From an archaeon (GTDB taxonomy: Archaea > Iainarchaeota > Iainarchaeia > Iainarchaeales > CSSED10-239), in assembly GCA_035390665.1 (NCBI GenBank), contig DAOOUC010000015.1, positions 7,443-14,094 of the forward strand: 6,652 bases of DNA. The letters are read 5' to 3'. Below the pieces are notes generated by a model that saw only the letters and a list, made by a program, of their open reading frames with translations, ran no database searches and was not told where the DNA came from. The position numbers and the translations under genes are program-made. Numbering within the stretch: position 1 is the first letter of the stretch; every line of letters begins with the position of its first letter. Below, one piece after another: positions 1 to 6,133 of this stretch.

Positions 1-10
1 GTGATTAAAA

Positions 11-715
11 ATGGGTAGACGTTTAAAGATTCAGAGAAGAGGAAAAGGCGGACCAGTCTATAGAGCAACAATAAATGCTAAGTTTGATATTAATTATAAG
101 AATACTAAAGAACTTATTAGAGGTCAAATAATAGACATGATAACAGACCCAATAAGATCTGCTCCAGTTGCTGAAGTATTAATGGCAGATGGAACAAAAG
201 AGTATGTAATTTGTGCAGAAGGATTAACAACTGGACAAAAATTAGAATTTGGAAAAGGTGCAGAGAAGAAAACAGGAAATGTTTTACCTCTTGGAGACAT
301 CGAACCAGGAACAACAATATTTAATATTGAGAAAAATTATGGAGATGGTGGAAAGTTTGTAAGAGCAAGCGGCCAAACTGCTATCTTAGTTAATAAAAAA
401 GACAAGGCAACAATTAAGTTACCTTCAGGACAATTAAAACAATTACCATTAGATGCAAGAGCAACAATTGGCGTTATTGCAGCCGGTGGAAAAAGCACTA
501 AGCCATTTGTAACAGCTGGTGCAAAATTTAAAGCAATGAAAGCAAAAGGAAAGAAATACCCAAGAGTTAGAGGTGTTGCAATGAATCCTGTTGATCACCC
601 ATTCGGTGGTTCTCAACATCACGTTGGTCACTCTAAGTCTACATCAAGACACGCTCCAGCAGGAAGAATGGTTGGTGCAATTGCTTCAAAGAGAACAGGA
701 CGTAAGAAAAAGTAA
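11..715 (+). CDS. rpl2: 50S ribosomal protein uL2 (L2)
   Basis: 234-aa ORF. The N-terminal GRRLKIQRRGKGG and the C-terminal RGVAMNPVDHPFGG...SRHAPAGRMVGAIASKRTGRKK block are typical of archaeal uL2. GTGA at 1..4 lies 6 nt upstream of the ATG. It is followed by the conserved S19-L22-S3-L29 order. Confidence 0.95.
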   Translation: MGRRLKIQRRGKGGPVYRATINAKFDINYKNTKELIRGQIIDMITDPIRSAPVAEVLMADGTKEYVICAEGLTTGQKLEFGKGAEKKTGNVLPLGDIEPGTTIFNIEKNYGDGGKFVRASGQTAILVNKKDKATIKLPSGQLKQLPLDARATIGVIAAGGKSTKPFVTAGAKFKAMKAKGKKYPRVRGVAMNPVDHPFGGSQHHVGHSKSTSRHAPAGRMVGAIASKRTGRKKK

Positions 716-717
716 AA

Positions 718-742
718 GAGCGTTTCTTAAGAAGAAACCCTC
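718..742 (+). repeat. Intergenic inverted repeat / potential RNA hairpin (function unknown)
   Basis: Arms GAGCGTTTCTT (718..728) and AAGAAACCCTC (732..742) are complementary at 10 of 11 positions. There is one C:C mismatch at 721/739 and a 3-nt AAG loop (729..731). The perfect 7-bp core is 722..728 / 732..738. It sits in the only long spacer of the operon. Confidence 0.6.
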
Positions 743-775
743 GGGAAAGAAATTAATAATAAAGTGTGAAAAACA

Positions 776-1159
776 ATGGCTGAAGAATTTAAATATATGG
801 GACATAGTTTGGAAGAATTACAAAAAATGTCTTTACTTGATTTTGCAAAGATTGCAAATTCTAGAGCAAAAAGACATTTAGTAAGAAATCACAGCGATCC
901 TTTCTATGAAAGAATTGAAAAAAATAAAAAAGCAACCAAAAAAATAAGAACACACAGAAGAGATATAATCATAACTCCAAAGATGGTTGGTAAAACAATC
1001 TATGTGTACAATGGAAAAGAATTCTTAACCGTCGAAGTAATGCCAGATATGCTTTGCCATTATTTAGGCGAATTCGCATTTACAAGAAAAAGAATTAAAC
1101 ACGGAAAAGCAGGAATCGGTGCTACAAAATCAAGTACTGCAGTTGCTGCAAGAAAGTAA
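776..1159 (+). CDS. rps19: 30S ribosomal protein uS19 (S19)
   Basis: 127-aa ORF. The C-terminal GKTIYVYNGKEF...VEVMPDMLCHYLGEFAFTRKRIKHGKAGIGATKSS is the uS19 signature. GTGTGA (764..769) ends 6 nt before the ATG. It has the canonical position after L2. Confidence 0.95.
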   Translation: MAEEFKYMGHSLEELQKMSLLDFAKIANSRAKRHLVRNHSDPFYERIEKNKKATKKIRTHRRDIIITPKMVGKTIYVYNGKEFLTVEVMPDMLCHYLGEFAFTRKRIKHGKAGIGATKSSTAVAARK

Positions 1160-1173
1160 ATTAGGGATAATTT

Positions 1174-1647
1174 ATGTCATCAGATCACAAATATAATTTT
1201 CAAAAAAAAGTTGATGAAAAAAAAATTGCAAAAGCATGTAGACATAATGCTCCAATATCTGTTAAATATGCAACAGAGTTTGGAAATTATTTTAGAGACA
1301 TGCCAATTAATAAAGCAATTAAAATCGCAACAGATATAGAAGCAAAAAAAGATTATTTGCCATTAGTTAAGTACGCTAAGAAAGTTCCAAATAGAAAAGG
1401 AACAAGTAAGAGAGGAACAACAATAGGAAGATATCCAATCAAATGTGCAAAATATGTAAGAGAGATGCTTGAAGAAGTCAAAGCAAATGCCGAGAATAAA
1501 AATCTTGATGCAGATAAATTAAAGATTGTTTCAATGTTTGCAGTAAAAGGAGTCACAAGATCAAAATTACAACCAATGGGAAGAATTGGTGGAAAATCAA
1601 GAGAATCCAAATCTACAAACTTAGAAGTTGTCGTGGTGGAGGAATAA
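1174..1647 (+). CDS. rpl22: 50S ribosomal protein uL22 (L22)
   Basis: 157-aa ORF. AKACRHNAPISVKYATEFGNYFRDMPINKAIKI resembles the archaeal L22 N-terminal core, and ...GRYPIKCAKYVREMLEEVKANAE... and a C-terminal KSTNLEVVV also match. It has the canonical position between S19 and S3. Confidence 0.93.
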   Translation: MSSDHKYNFQKKVDEKKIAKACRHNAPISVKYATEFGNYFRDMPINKAIKIATDIEAKKDYLPLVKYAKKVPNRKGTSKRGTTIGRYPIKCAKYVREMLEEVKANAENKNLDADKLKIVSMFAVKGVTRSKLQPMGRIGGKSRESKSTNLEVVVVEE

Positions 1648-1650
1648 ACC

Positions 1651-2436
1651 ATGAAGGAAAATGTTTTTGTTAAAGACAAATTAAAAAAAATGGCAATAGC
1701 TCAATATTTACAAAAGAAATTAAAACCAGCTGGATTTATTGATGTTGAAGTAATTAAATCTCCTGTTTCGACAAGAGTTGTAATCTATGCATTAAGACCA
1801 GGCTTTGTAATAGGTAAAAGCGGTTATAACATTAAAGCATTAACAGAAGACTTAGAACAAAAATATGGTTTAAATAAAGCACATATAGAGATTGGAGAAA
1901 TACAAAATAAAGATCTTGATCCAAGAGTTATTATTGAAAATCTTGCAAGCGATATCAACAGAGGAGTTGCTTGGAAATCTGCAGTAAACAAGGCAATGTT
2001 ACAAATGAAACAAGCTGGAGCAGTTGGTGCCGAAATTGTTGCAAAAGGTAACACTGCAGGAAAAGGACAAAGAAAAAGAGCATCAAGATATGCTTTTGGT
2101 TATTTAAAGAAAGCAGGATCTCAAAAAGATTTAGTTTCTTTTGAAAAACAAACAACCTTTCCTGGTCTTGGAACAATTGGTATAAGACTTAGAATTGTTC
2201 AACCAGAAACAGTATTTTCAGACAAGATTGATGTTAAAGAATTATCTCATAGATTTAAATTAGCAAGAGAACAAAAGAAATTAGAAGATAGAAGTGAAAC
2301 AGTAGAAAAAGAAACAAAAGAAGTTGCTGAAGTAATTGAAGAAAAAAAAGAAAAAAAAGCAAAAGCAACTAAAACAGAAGACAAAGAAAAAAAACCTAAA
2401 AAAGTAAAAGTAAGTTTAGAAGATTTAAAAGAGTGA
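1651..2436 (+). CDS. rps3: 30S ribosomal protein uS3 (S3) with a long Lys/Glu-rich C-terminal tail
   Basis: 261-aa ORF. It has a KH-domain-like VIYALRPGFVIGKSGYNIKALTEDLE (GxxG motif) and the uS3 C-domain segment GAEIVAKGNTAGKGQRKRASRYAFGYLKKAG. GGTGGAGGA (1635..1643) lies upstream of the ATG. It has the canonical position. Confidence 0.95.
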   Translation: MKENVFVKDKLKKMAIAQYLQKKLKPAGFIDVEVIKSPVSTRVVIYALRPGFVIGKSGYNIKALTEDLEQKYGLNKAHIEIGEIQNKDLDPRVIIENLASDINRGVAWKSAVNKAMLQMKQAGAVGAEIVAKGNTAGKGQRKRASRYAFGYLKKAGSQKDLVSFEKQTTFPGLGTIGIRLRIVQPETVFSDKIDVKELSHRFKLAREQKKLEDRSETVEKETKEVAEVIEEKKEKKAKATKTEDKEKKPKKVKVSLEDLKE

Positions 2437-2443
2437 TTTTGTA

Positions 2444-2662
2444 ATGACAAAAAAAAGAGCAGTAGCAATTAATTCCTTAAAGGAAATAGAAAATAAAGTA
2501 AGTGAATTAAAATTAGAACTTGCAAAAGAAAAAGGAATGCTTGCATCAAAAACGAAATCAACAAATCCAAGCAAGAAAACAACATTAAGAAAACAAATTG
2601 CAAGATTACTTACAAAAAAAAATGAATTAGTAAAAAAAGAAGAAGAGAAATTAATAAAATAA
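2444..2662 (+). CDS. rpl29: 50S ribosomal protein uL29 (L29)
   Basis: 72-aa helical ORF: LKEIENKVSELKLELAKEKGMLAS...NPSKKTTLRKQIARLLTKKNEL matches the uL29 pattern. GAGTGAT (2431..2437) lies upstream. It has the canonical position after S3. Confidence 0.9.
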   Translation: MTKKRAVAINSLKEIENKVSELKLELAKEKGMLASKTKSTNPSKKTTLRKQIARLLTKKNELVKKEEEKLIK

Positions 2663-2666
2663 TTTA

Positions 2667-2672
2667 GAGGTG
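2667..2672 (+). promoter_or_regulatory. Shine-Dalgarno-like site (GAGGTG) for aIF1/SUI1
   Basis: GAGGTG is complementary to the conserved CACCUC of the archaeal 16S rRNA 3' end. It lies 12 nt upstream of the ATG at 2685. Confidence 0.55.
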
Positions 2673-2684
2673 TAAAATAAAGTT

Positions 2685-2987
2685 ATGGCTGAAATTTGTC
2701 CAGTATGTCATTTACCAAAAACAATCTGTACTTGTGATATAAGAACCAAAGAGTCACAACAAATCAAAATAAGGACAGAAAGAAAAAAGTTCAAAAAATA
2801 TGCAACATTAATTTCAGGTTTTTCAGAAGTTTCTGAACAACAAGAAGTTTTAAAATATTTAAAGAAAAAATTGGCTTGCGGAGGAACAGTAAAAGATAAT
2901 ATTATTGAACTTCAAGGCGAGCAAAAAGAAAGAATAAAAAAATTATTAATTGAAAAAGGATATCTTGGAGAACTGATAGATGCTTAA
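2685..2987 (+). CDS. sui1: Translation initiation factor aIF1 (SUI1 family)
   Basis: 100-aa ORF. It has an N-terminal Cys knuckle (ICPVCHLPKTICTCD) followed by the SUI1 fold pattern IKIRTERKKFKKYATLISGF...LKKKLACGGTVKDNIIELQGEQKERIKKLLIEKGY. The L29-SUI1-Rpp29-S17 arrangement is known from euryarchaeal r-protein operons. Confidence 0.92.
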   Translation: MAEICPVCHLPKTICTCDIRTKESQQIKIRTERKKFKKYATLISGFSEVSEQQEVLKYLKKKLACGGTVKDNIIELQGEQKERIKKLLIEKGYLGELIDA

Positions 2988-3177
2988 TATTAAAAATTCA
3001 GATTTGATTGGAAGAGAAATTACAATTGTAAATTCTTCAGATAAATCAAAAATCGGAATTTTTGGAATAGTGATCTACCAAACCAAAGAAGAATTAAAAA
3101 TAAGGAATGAAAAAAAAATAATTACAATTAAATTTGGAGAAATAATTAAATTTAAAGTGAAGGGTTATGGAAACTAA
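2980..3177 (+). CDS. rnp1: RNase P protein component 1 (Rpp29/Pop4 family), unusually short
   Basis: 65-aa ORF. LIGREITIVNSSDKSKIGIFGIVIYQTKEELKIRNEKKIITIKFGEIIKFKV matches the Rpp29 Sm-like barrel pattern (LiG..v.Vv.S...s.iGi.G.V..ETk..l.I......ipK....f.f). It has the canonical position between SUI1 and S17. It overlaps SUI1 by 8 nt and S17 by 11 nt. An in-frame TAG at 2977..2979 lies directly before the ATG. Confidence 0.85.
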   Translation: MLNIKNSDLIGREITIVNSSDKSKIGIFGIVIYQTKEELKIRNEKKIITIKFGEIIKFKVKGYGN

Positions 3178-3532
3178 AACTTGTCTTGATAAAAACTGTC
3201 CAATTCACGGACAAATAAGTGTAAGAGGAAAAGCAATTGAAGGCGTTGTTATAAGAAAAAAAGCAACAAAAACAGCTGTTATTCAAATGGAAAAAACAAA
3301 ATATATTAGAAAGTATGAAAGATCTATGAGAAAAACAGTAAAGCTTCCAGTACATTGTCCAGAATGTATGGATATTAATATTGGAGATGTTGTTTTAGTT
3401 GGAGAGACAAGAAAGATAAGTAAAACCAAATCTTTCGTAATATTAAAAAAAGTTGGAAAAGTTAGCCACTTAGAAGAAGTAATAGAAAAAGAAAACGAAT
3501 ACGAAGGTATTGAAAACGGTGATGAAGAATGA
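3167..3532 (+). CDS. rps17: 30S ribosomal protein uS17 (S17) with acidic C-terminal tail
   Basis: 121-aa ORF. CLDKNCPIHGQISVRGKAIEGVVIRKKATKTAVIQ and GDVVLVGETRKISKTKSFVILKKV are archaeal uS17 signatures. GTGA (3157..3160) ends 6 nt before the ATG. Confidence 0.94.
   Translation: METKTCLDKNCPIHGQISVRGKAIEGVVIRKKATKTAVIQMEKTKYIRKYERSMRKTVKLPVHCPECMDINIGDVVLVGETRKISKTKSFVILKKVGKVSHLEEVIEKENEYEGIENGDEE
3518..3522 (+). promoter_or_regulatory. Shine-Dalgarno site (GGTGA) for uL14, embedded in the last codons of uS17
   Basis: GGTGA lies 6 nt upstream of the ATG at 3529. It is encoded by the Gly-Asp codons of the uS17 tail (aac GGT GAt gaa gaa tga). Confidence 0.65.
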
Positions 3533-3927
3533 AGCAAATTAGTGCAAATGTTACAAGAGGACTTCCCGTAGGAACAAGATGTATTTGTAGTGACAATAGT
3601 GGTGCAAAAGAAGTAGAGATTATCTCTGTTATTAAATTTAAAACAAAAAGAAAAGGATTACAAATTGCAGGAATTGCTTCTTTAGTTAATGTTGTTGTAA
3701 AAAAAGGAAAACCAACAATGAAAAAGAAAATGGAAAGAGCAGTTGTTGTAAGAGTTAAAAAAGAATATAGAAGAAAGAACGGATGGAGAATTTCTTTTGA
3801 AGACAATGCAGTTGTTTTAACAGATCCTAAAGGATTTCCAAAAGGTTCTGAAATTAAAGGTTGTGTTGCAAAAGAAGTTGGTGAAAGATATCCTAAAATC
3901 GCAGGTCTTTCAAGCGCAGTAATTTAA
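3529..3927 (+). CDS. rpl14: 50S ribosomal protein uL14 (L14)
   Basis: 132-aa ORF. GLPVGTRCICSDNSGAKEVEIISV and ...AVVVRVKKEYRRKNGWRISFEDNAVVL...GSEIKGCVAKE are uL14 patterns. Its ATGA start/stop overlaps uS17. Confidence 0.95.
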   Translation: MKQISANVTRGLPVGTRCICSDNSGAKEVEIISVIKFKTKRKGLQIAGIASLVNVVVKKGKPTMKKKMERAVVVRVKKEYRRKNGWRISFEDNAVVLTDPKGFPKGSEIKGCVAKEVGERYPKIAGLSSAVI

Positions 3928-3931
3928 ATTT

Positions 3932-3936
3932 GGTGA
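3932..3936 (+). promoter_or_regulatory. Shine-Dalgarno site (GGTGA) for uL24
   Basis: GGTGA lies 6 nt upstream of the ATG at 3943. Confidence 0.7.
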
Positions 3937-3942
3937 AATTAT

Positions 3943-4311
3943 ATGAATACTAAAACAATTAGACCATCAAAGCAAAGAAAAAGAATGGCAACAGGTGTTT
4001 ATCACACAAAAAGAAGATTGCTTGTTAGTCCATTAGATAATGCTATGCAAAAAGAAATAAGTAAGAAAAAAGCAGTACTTAGAAAAGGAGATACTGTTAA
4101 AGTTATGGTTGGTTCTCACAAAGGCAAAACTAGCACAGTTTTAAGAGTAAACTACGATAAAGGATTAGTTTATTTAAAAGACATTAAAGTAACAAACTCA
4201 AGAGGACAAGAAAAAAATCCTCCAATTAATGCATCAAATTTATTAATCACAGGTTTAGTTTTAACAGATAAGAAAAGATTTCCTAAGAAAAAGGAAGTAA
4301 AAAAGAAATAG
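3943..4311 (+). CDS. rpl24: 50S ribosomal protein uL24 (L24)
   Basis: 122-aa ORF. The N-terminal PSKQRKRM...HTKRRLLVSPL is typical of archaeal L24/L26e. It has a KOW motif (LRKGDTVKVMVGSHKGKTSTVLRV). It has the canonical position after L14. Confidence 0.93.
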   Translation: MNTKTIRPSKQRKRMATGVYHTKRRLLVSPLDNAMQKEISKKKAVLRKGDTVKVMVGSHKGKTSTVLRVNYDKGLVYLKDIKVTNSRGQEKNPPINASNLLITGLVLTDKKRFPKKKEVKKK

Positions 4312-4315
4312 GTGA
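4311..4315 (+). promoter_or_regulatory. Shine-Dalgarno site (GGTGA) for eS4
   Basis: GGTGA lies 6 nt upstream of the ATG at 4322. It overlaps the last base of the uL24 TAG stop. Confidence 0.7.
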
Positions 4316-4321
4316 CATTTA

Positions 4322-5011
4322 ATGACTAAAAAAGGAAGCACAAAAGTTTTGAAAATGCAAAATGCTGGAAAGGTAATAAAAGTAGAAAAAACAAAAAGGT
4401 TTGTTTTAAGACCAAATCCAGGAAAACACACAATTAAAACAACAGTTACCGCAGGATATATCTTAAGAGATTTATTACATATAACAGACAACAACAGAGA
4501 ATCCACACACATCATAAGAGCAAAAGAAATGTTAGTTGATAAAAAACCTATAAAAACAATAAATTTTGCAATTGGTTTACAAGATGTAATTGAGTTTCCA
4601 AAATTAAAGAAAAATTATAGAGTCACTTACAATAAGAATGGTTTAATTAACTTAATTGAAATTACAGCTGATGAAACAAAATACAAAATATGTAAGATTG
4701 TTAAAAAGAAAATTACAATTAAAGGACAAATACAATTGACAACAAACGATGGAAGGACAATAATTACAACAAATAATGGATATAAAACAAAAGCATCAGT
4801 AAAATTAAATTTAGAAGACAATACAATTAAAGAATACTATCCACTTGAAAAAGGAAGAAAAGTTTTCTTAATTGGTGGTAAATACATAGGACAATCAGGA
4901 ACAATTGTCGGATTAACAAAAGGGAATATGATTAAAAGAGAATTAATTAAATTAAAGATTGATGATAAAGAATTTGAGACTACAGAAAAAAATATTTTTG
5001 TAATTAATTAG
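4322..5011 (+). CDS. rps4e: 30S ribosomal protein eS4 (S4e)
   Basis: 229-aa ORF. The N-terminal KKGSTKVLKM...FVLRPNPGKH resembles the archaeal S4e start (KRHLKR...RPRPGPH). It has an S4-like RDLL...REST.II region and a KOW-like C-terminal part (GRKVFLIGGKYIGQSGTIV). It has the canonical position between L24 and L5. The family is specific to archaea and eukaryotes. Confidence 0.9.
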   Translation: MTKKGSTKVLKMQNAGKVIKVEKTKRFVLRPNPGKHTIKTTVTAGYILRDLLHITDNNRESTHIIRAKEMLVDKKPIKTINFAIGLQDVIEFPKLKKNYRVTYNKNGLINLIEITADETKYKICKIVKKKITIKGQIQLTTNDGRTIITTNNGYKTKASVKLNLEDNTIKEYYPLEKGRKVFLIGGKYIGQSGTIVGLTKGNMIKRELIKLKIDDKEFETTEKNIFVIN

Positions 5012-5022
5012 ATGTGATATTT

Positions 5023-5538
5023 ATGAATAAAGAAAATTCAATGAGAGAAATTTATATTGACAAAGTTGTTGTTAACATGGGTATTGGTGAAGCTGGTGAA
5101 GAACTAGAAAAAGGAATAAAGATATTACAATTAGTAACTAAGAAAAAACCTGTTAAAACAGTTGCTAAAGTAAAGTTACCAACCTGGGGAATAAGACCAG
5201 GACTTCCAATTGGATGTAAAACAACATTAAGAGGACAAGAGGCATTAGATTTTATTGCTTTAACTTTAAAAGCTAAAGAAAATAAAGTTTCTAAGAAGTC
5301 CTTTACAAATGACAGTATATTTTCATATGGAATTAAAGAATACTTAGATGTTCCAGGAATCAAATATGATCCAAATCTTGGAATAAGAGGATTTGATGTT
5401 TGTGTAGTTTTAAGAAGAAGAGGCGACAGAGTAAAATTAAGAAAGTATAATGTTTCAAAGATTGGAAAAAAACATAAAATCACAAAAGACGAAGCAATTA
5501 AATTTGCACAAGAAAAATTAAAAATAGTGGTTGAATGA
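5023..5538 (+). CDS. rpl5: 50S ribosomal protein uL5 (L5)
   Basis: MREIYIDKVVVNMGIGEAGEELEKG...PIGCKTTLRGQEALDF...YGIKEYLDVPGIKYDPNLGIRGFDVCVVL is clear uL5. The track starts at GTG 5014. I prefer ATG 5023 because GTGAT at 5014..5018 looks like the SD core seen before the other genes. ATG 5041 is also possible. Confidence 0.9.
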   Translation: MNKENSMREIYIDKVVVNMGIGEAGEELEKGIKILQLVTKKKPVKTVAKVKLPTWGIRPGLPIGCKTTLRGQEALDFIALTLKAKENKVSKKSFTNDSIFSYGIKEYLDVPGIKYDPNLGIRGFDVCVVLRRRGDRVKLRKYNVSKIGKKHKITKDEAIKFAQEKLKIVVE

Positions 5539-5708
5539 GCGCAATTGATAATAAAAAATTAAGTAAAACAAGTAAAGAATTAAAAAGATCTAGAAAGTGT
5601 AGATTTTGTGATACACAAAGAGGACTTATAAGTAAATATAATCTTTATATCTGTAGACGATGTTTTAAAGATTATGCAAACAAGTTGGGATTTAAAAAAT
5701 TAGATTAA
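5535..5708 (+). CDS. rps14: 30S ribosomal protein uS14 (zinc-ribbon type), absent from the ORF track
   Basis: My own translation is MSAIDNKKLSKTSKELKRSRKCRFCDTQRGLISKYNLYICRRCFKDYANKLGFKKLD (57 aa). It has CxxC-x14-CxxC and the RGLI.KY.L..CR.CFR-like uS14 signature. Its ATGA start overlaps the uL5 stop. It has the canonical position between L5 and S8. Confidence 0.92.
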   Translation: MSAIDNKKLSKTSKELKRSRKCRFCDTQRGLISKYNLYICRRCFKDYANKLGFKKLD

Positions 5709-5718
5709 ATATTTATTA

Positions 5719-5723
5719 GGTGA
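5719..5723 (+). promoter_or_regulatory. Shine-Dalgarno site (GGTGA) for uS8
   Basis: GGTGA lies 6 nt upstream of the ATG at 5730. Confidence 0.7.
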
Positions 5724-5729
5724 AAACTG

Positions 5730-6119
5730 ATGAGCTTGAATGATCCAATAGCAAATGCATTAAATAACATAAATAATGCTGAGATGGCTTCTAAACAAAA
5801 TTGTACAATAAACCATTCAAAGTTTCTAGAAAATGTTCTAGTGCTTTTGAAAAAAGAAGGTTATATTAAACAATATAAGGTTGTAGATAAAAAGCCAGTT
5901 AAGCAAATTGTTGTGTATTTAGGTGGCAGAATAAATAAATGTAAAGCAGTTAAACCAAGATATCCTGTTAAAAAACAAGACTATGAAAAGTTTGAAAAGT
6001 CTTATTTGATTTCAAGAGATGTTGGTACATTAATTGTAAGCACGACAGAAGGAATAATGTCACACAAGGCAGCAAAAGAAAAAGGCCTTGGTGGAAGAAT
6101 AGTAGGTTATATTTACTAA
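5730..6119 (+). CDS. rps8: 30S ribosomal protein uS8 (S8)
   Basis: 129-aa ORF. LNDPIANALNNINNAE..., LKKEGYIKQYKVVD and the C-terminal STTEGIMSHKAAKEKGLGGRIVGYIY are uS8 signatures. Confidence 0.95.
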   Translation: MSLNDPIANALNNINNAEMASKQNCTINHSKFLENVLVLLKKEGYIKQYKVVDKKPVKQIVVYLGGRINKCKAVKPRYPVKKQDYEKFEKSYLISRDVGTLIVSTTEGIMSHKAAKEKGLGGRIVGYIY

Positions 6120-6133
6120 AAGAATGATTTGAT

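Noticed and set aside
1-10. Possible 3' end of the upstream uL23 gene (TGA at 2..4 or TAA at 6..8).
   Set aside because: Only a few bases are visible, so the frame and identity cannot be supported. The GTGA here is better explained as the SD for uL2.
593-610. uL2 has DHPFGG rather than the bacterial DHPHGG, which would be loss of a His implicated in peptidyl-transferase support.
   Set aside because: From memory, HPFGG followed by a His-rich segment is the normal archaeal uL2 form (for example in haloarchaeal and methanogen L2). It is not an anomaly.
591-881. Plus-strand 96-aa ORF bridging the end of uL2, the spacer and the start of uS19.
   Set aside because: It is out of frame with two strongly supported genes and has no recognisable motifs. 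It starts inside the most conserved part of uL2 and is most simply a chance open frame.
1196-2460. Multiple A8-A9 homopolymer runs (for example about 1201..1208, 1219..1227, 1684..1691, 2341..2358, 2451..2458) as programmed frameshift or transcriptional slippage sites.
   Set aside because: All host ORFs are intact and full length in the zero frame with conserved C-termini. The runs are explained by Lys (AAA) richness in an AT-rich genome. Nothing requires recoding.
5014-5022. GTG at 5014 as the uL5 start (track call).
   Set aside because: GTGAT at 5014..5018 matches the SD core used before the other genes, and it is followed 4 nt later by ATG 5023. The GTG itself has no SD upstream because it lies 2 nt after the eS4 stop. 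I kept it as an alternative, not excluded.
5728-5782. C/D-box sRNA-like spacing: UGAUGA (5728..5733) and CUGA (5779..5782) about 55 nt apart.
   Set aside because: The UGAUGA is created by the uS8 start context (cTG ATG AGc). There is no properly spaced internal D'/C' pair and no terminal stem. The whole span is uS8 coding sequence, so a chance match is the simplest explanation.
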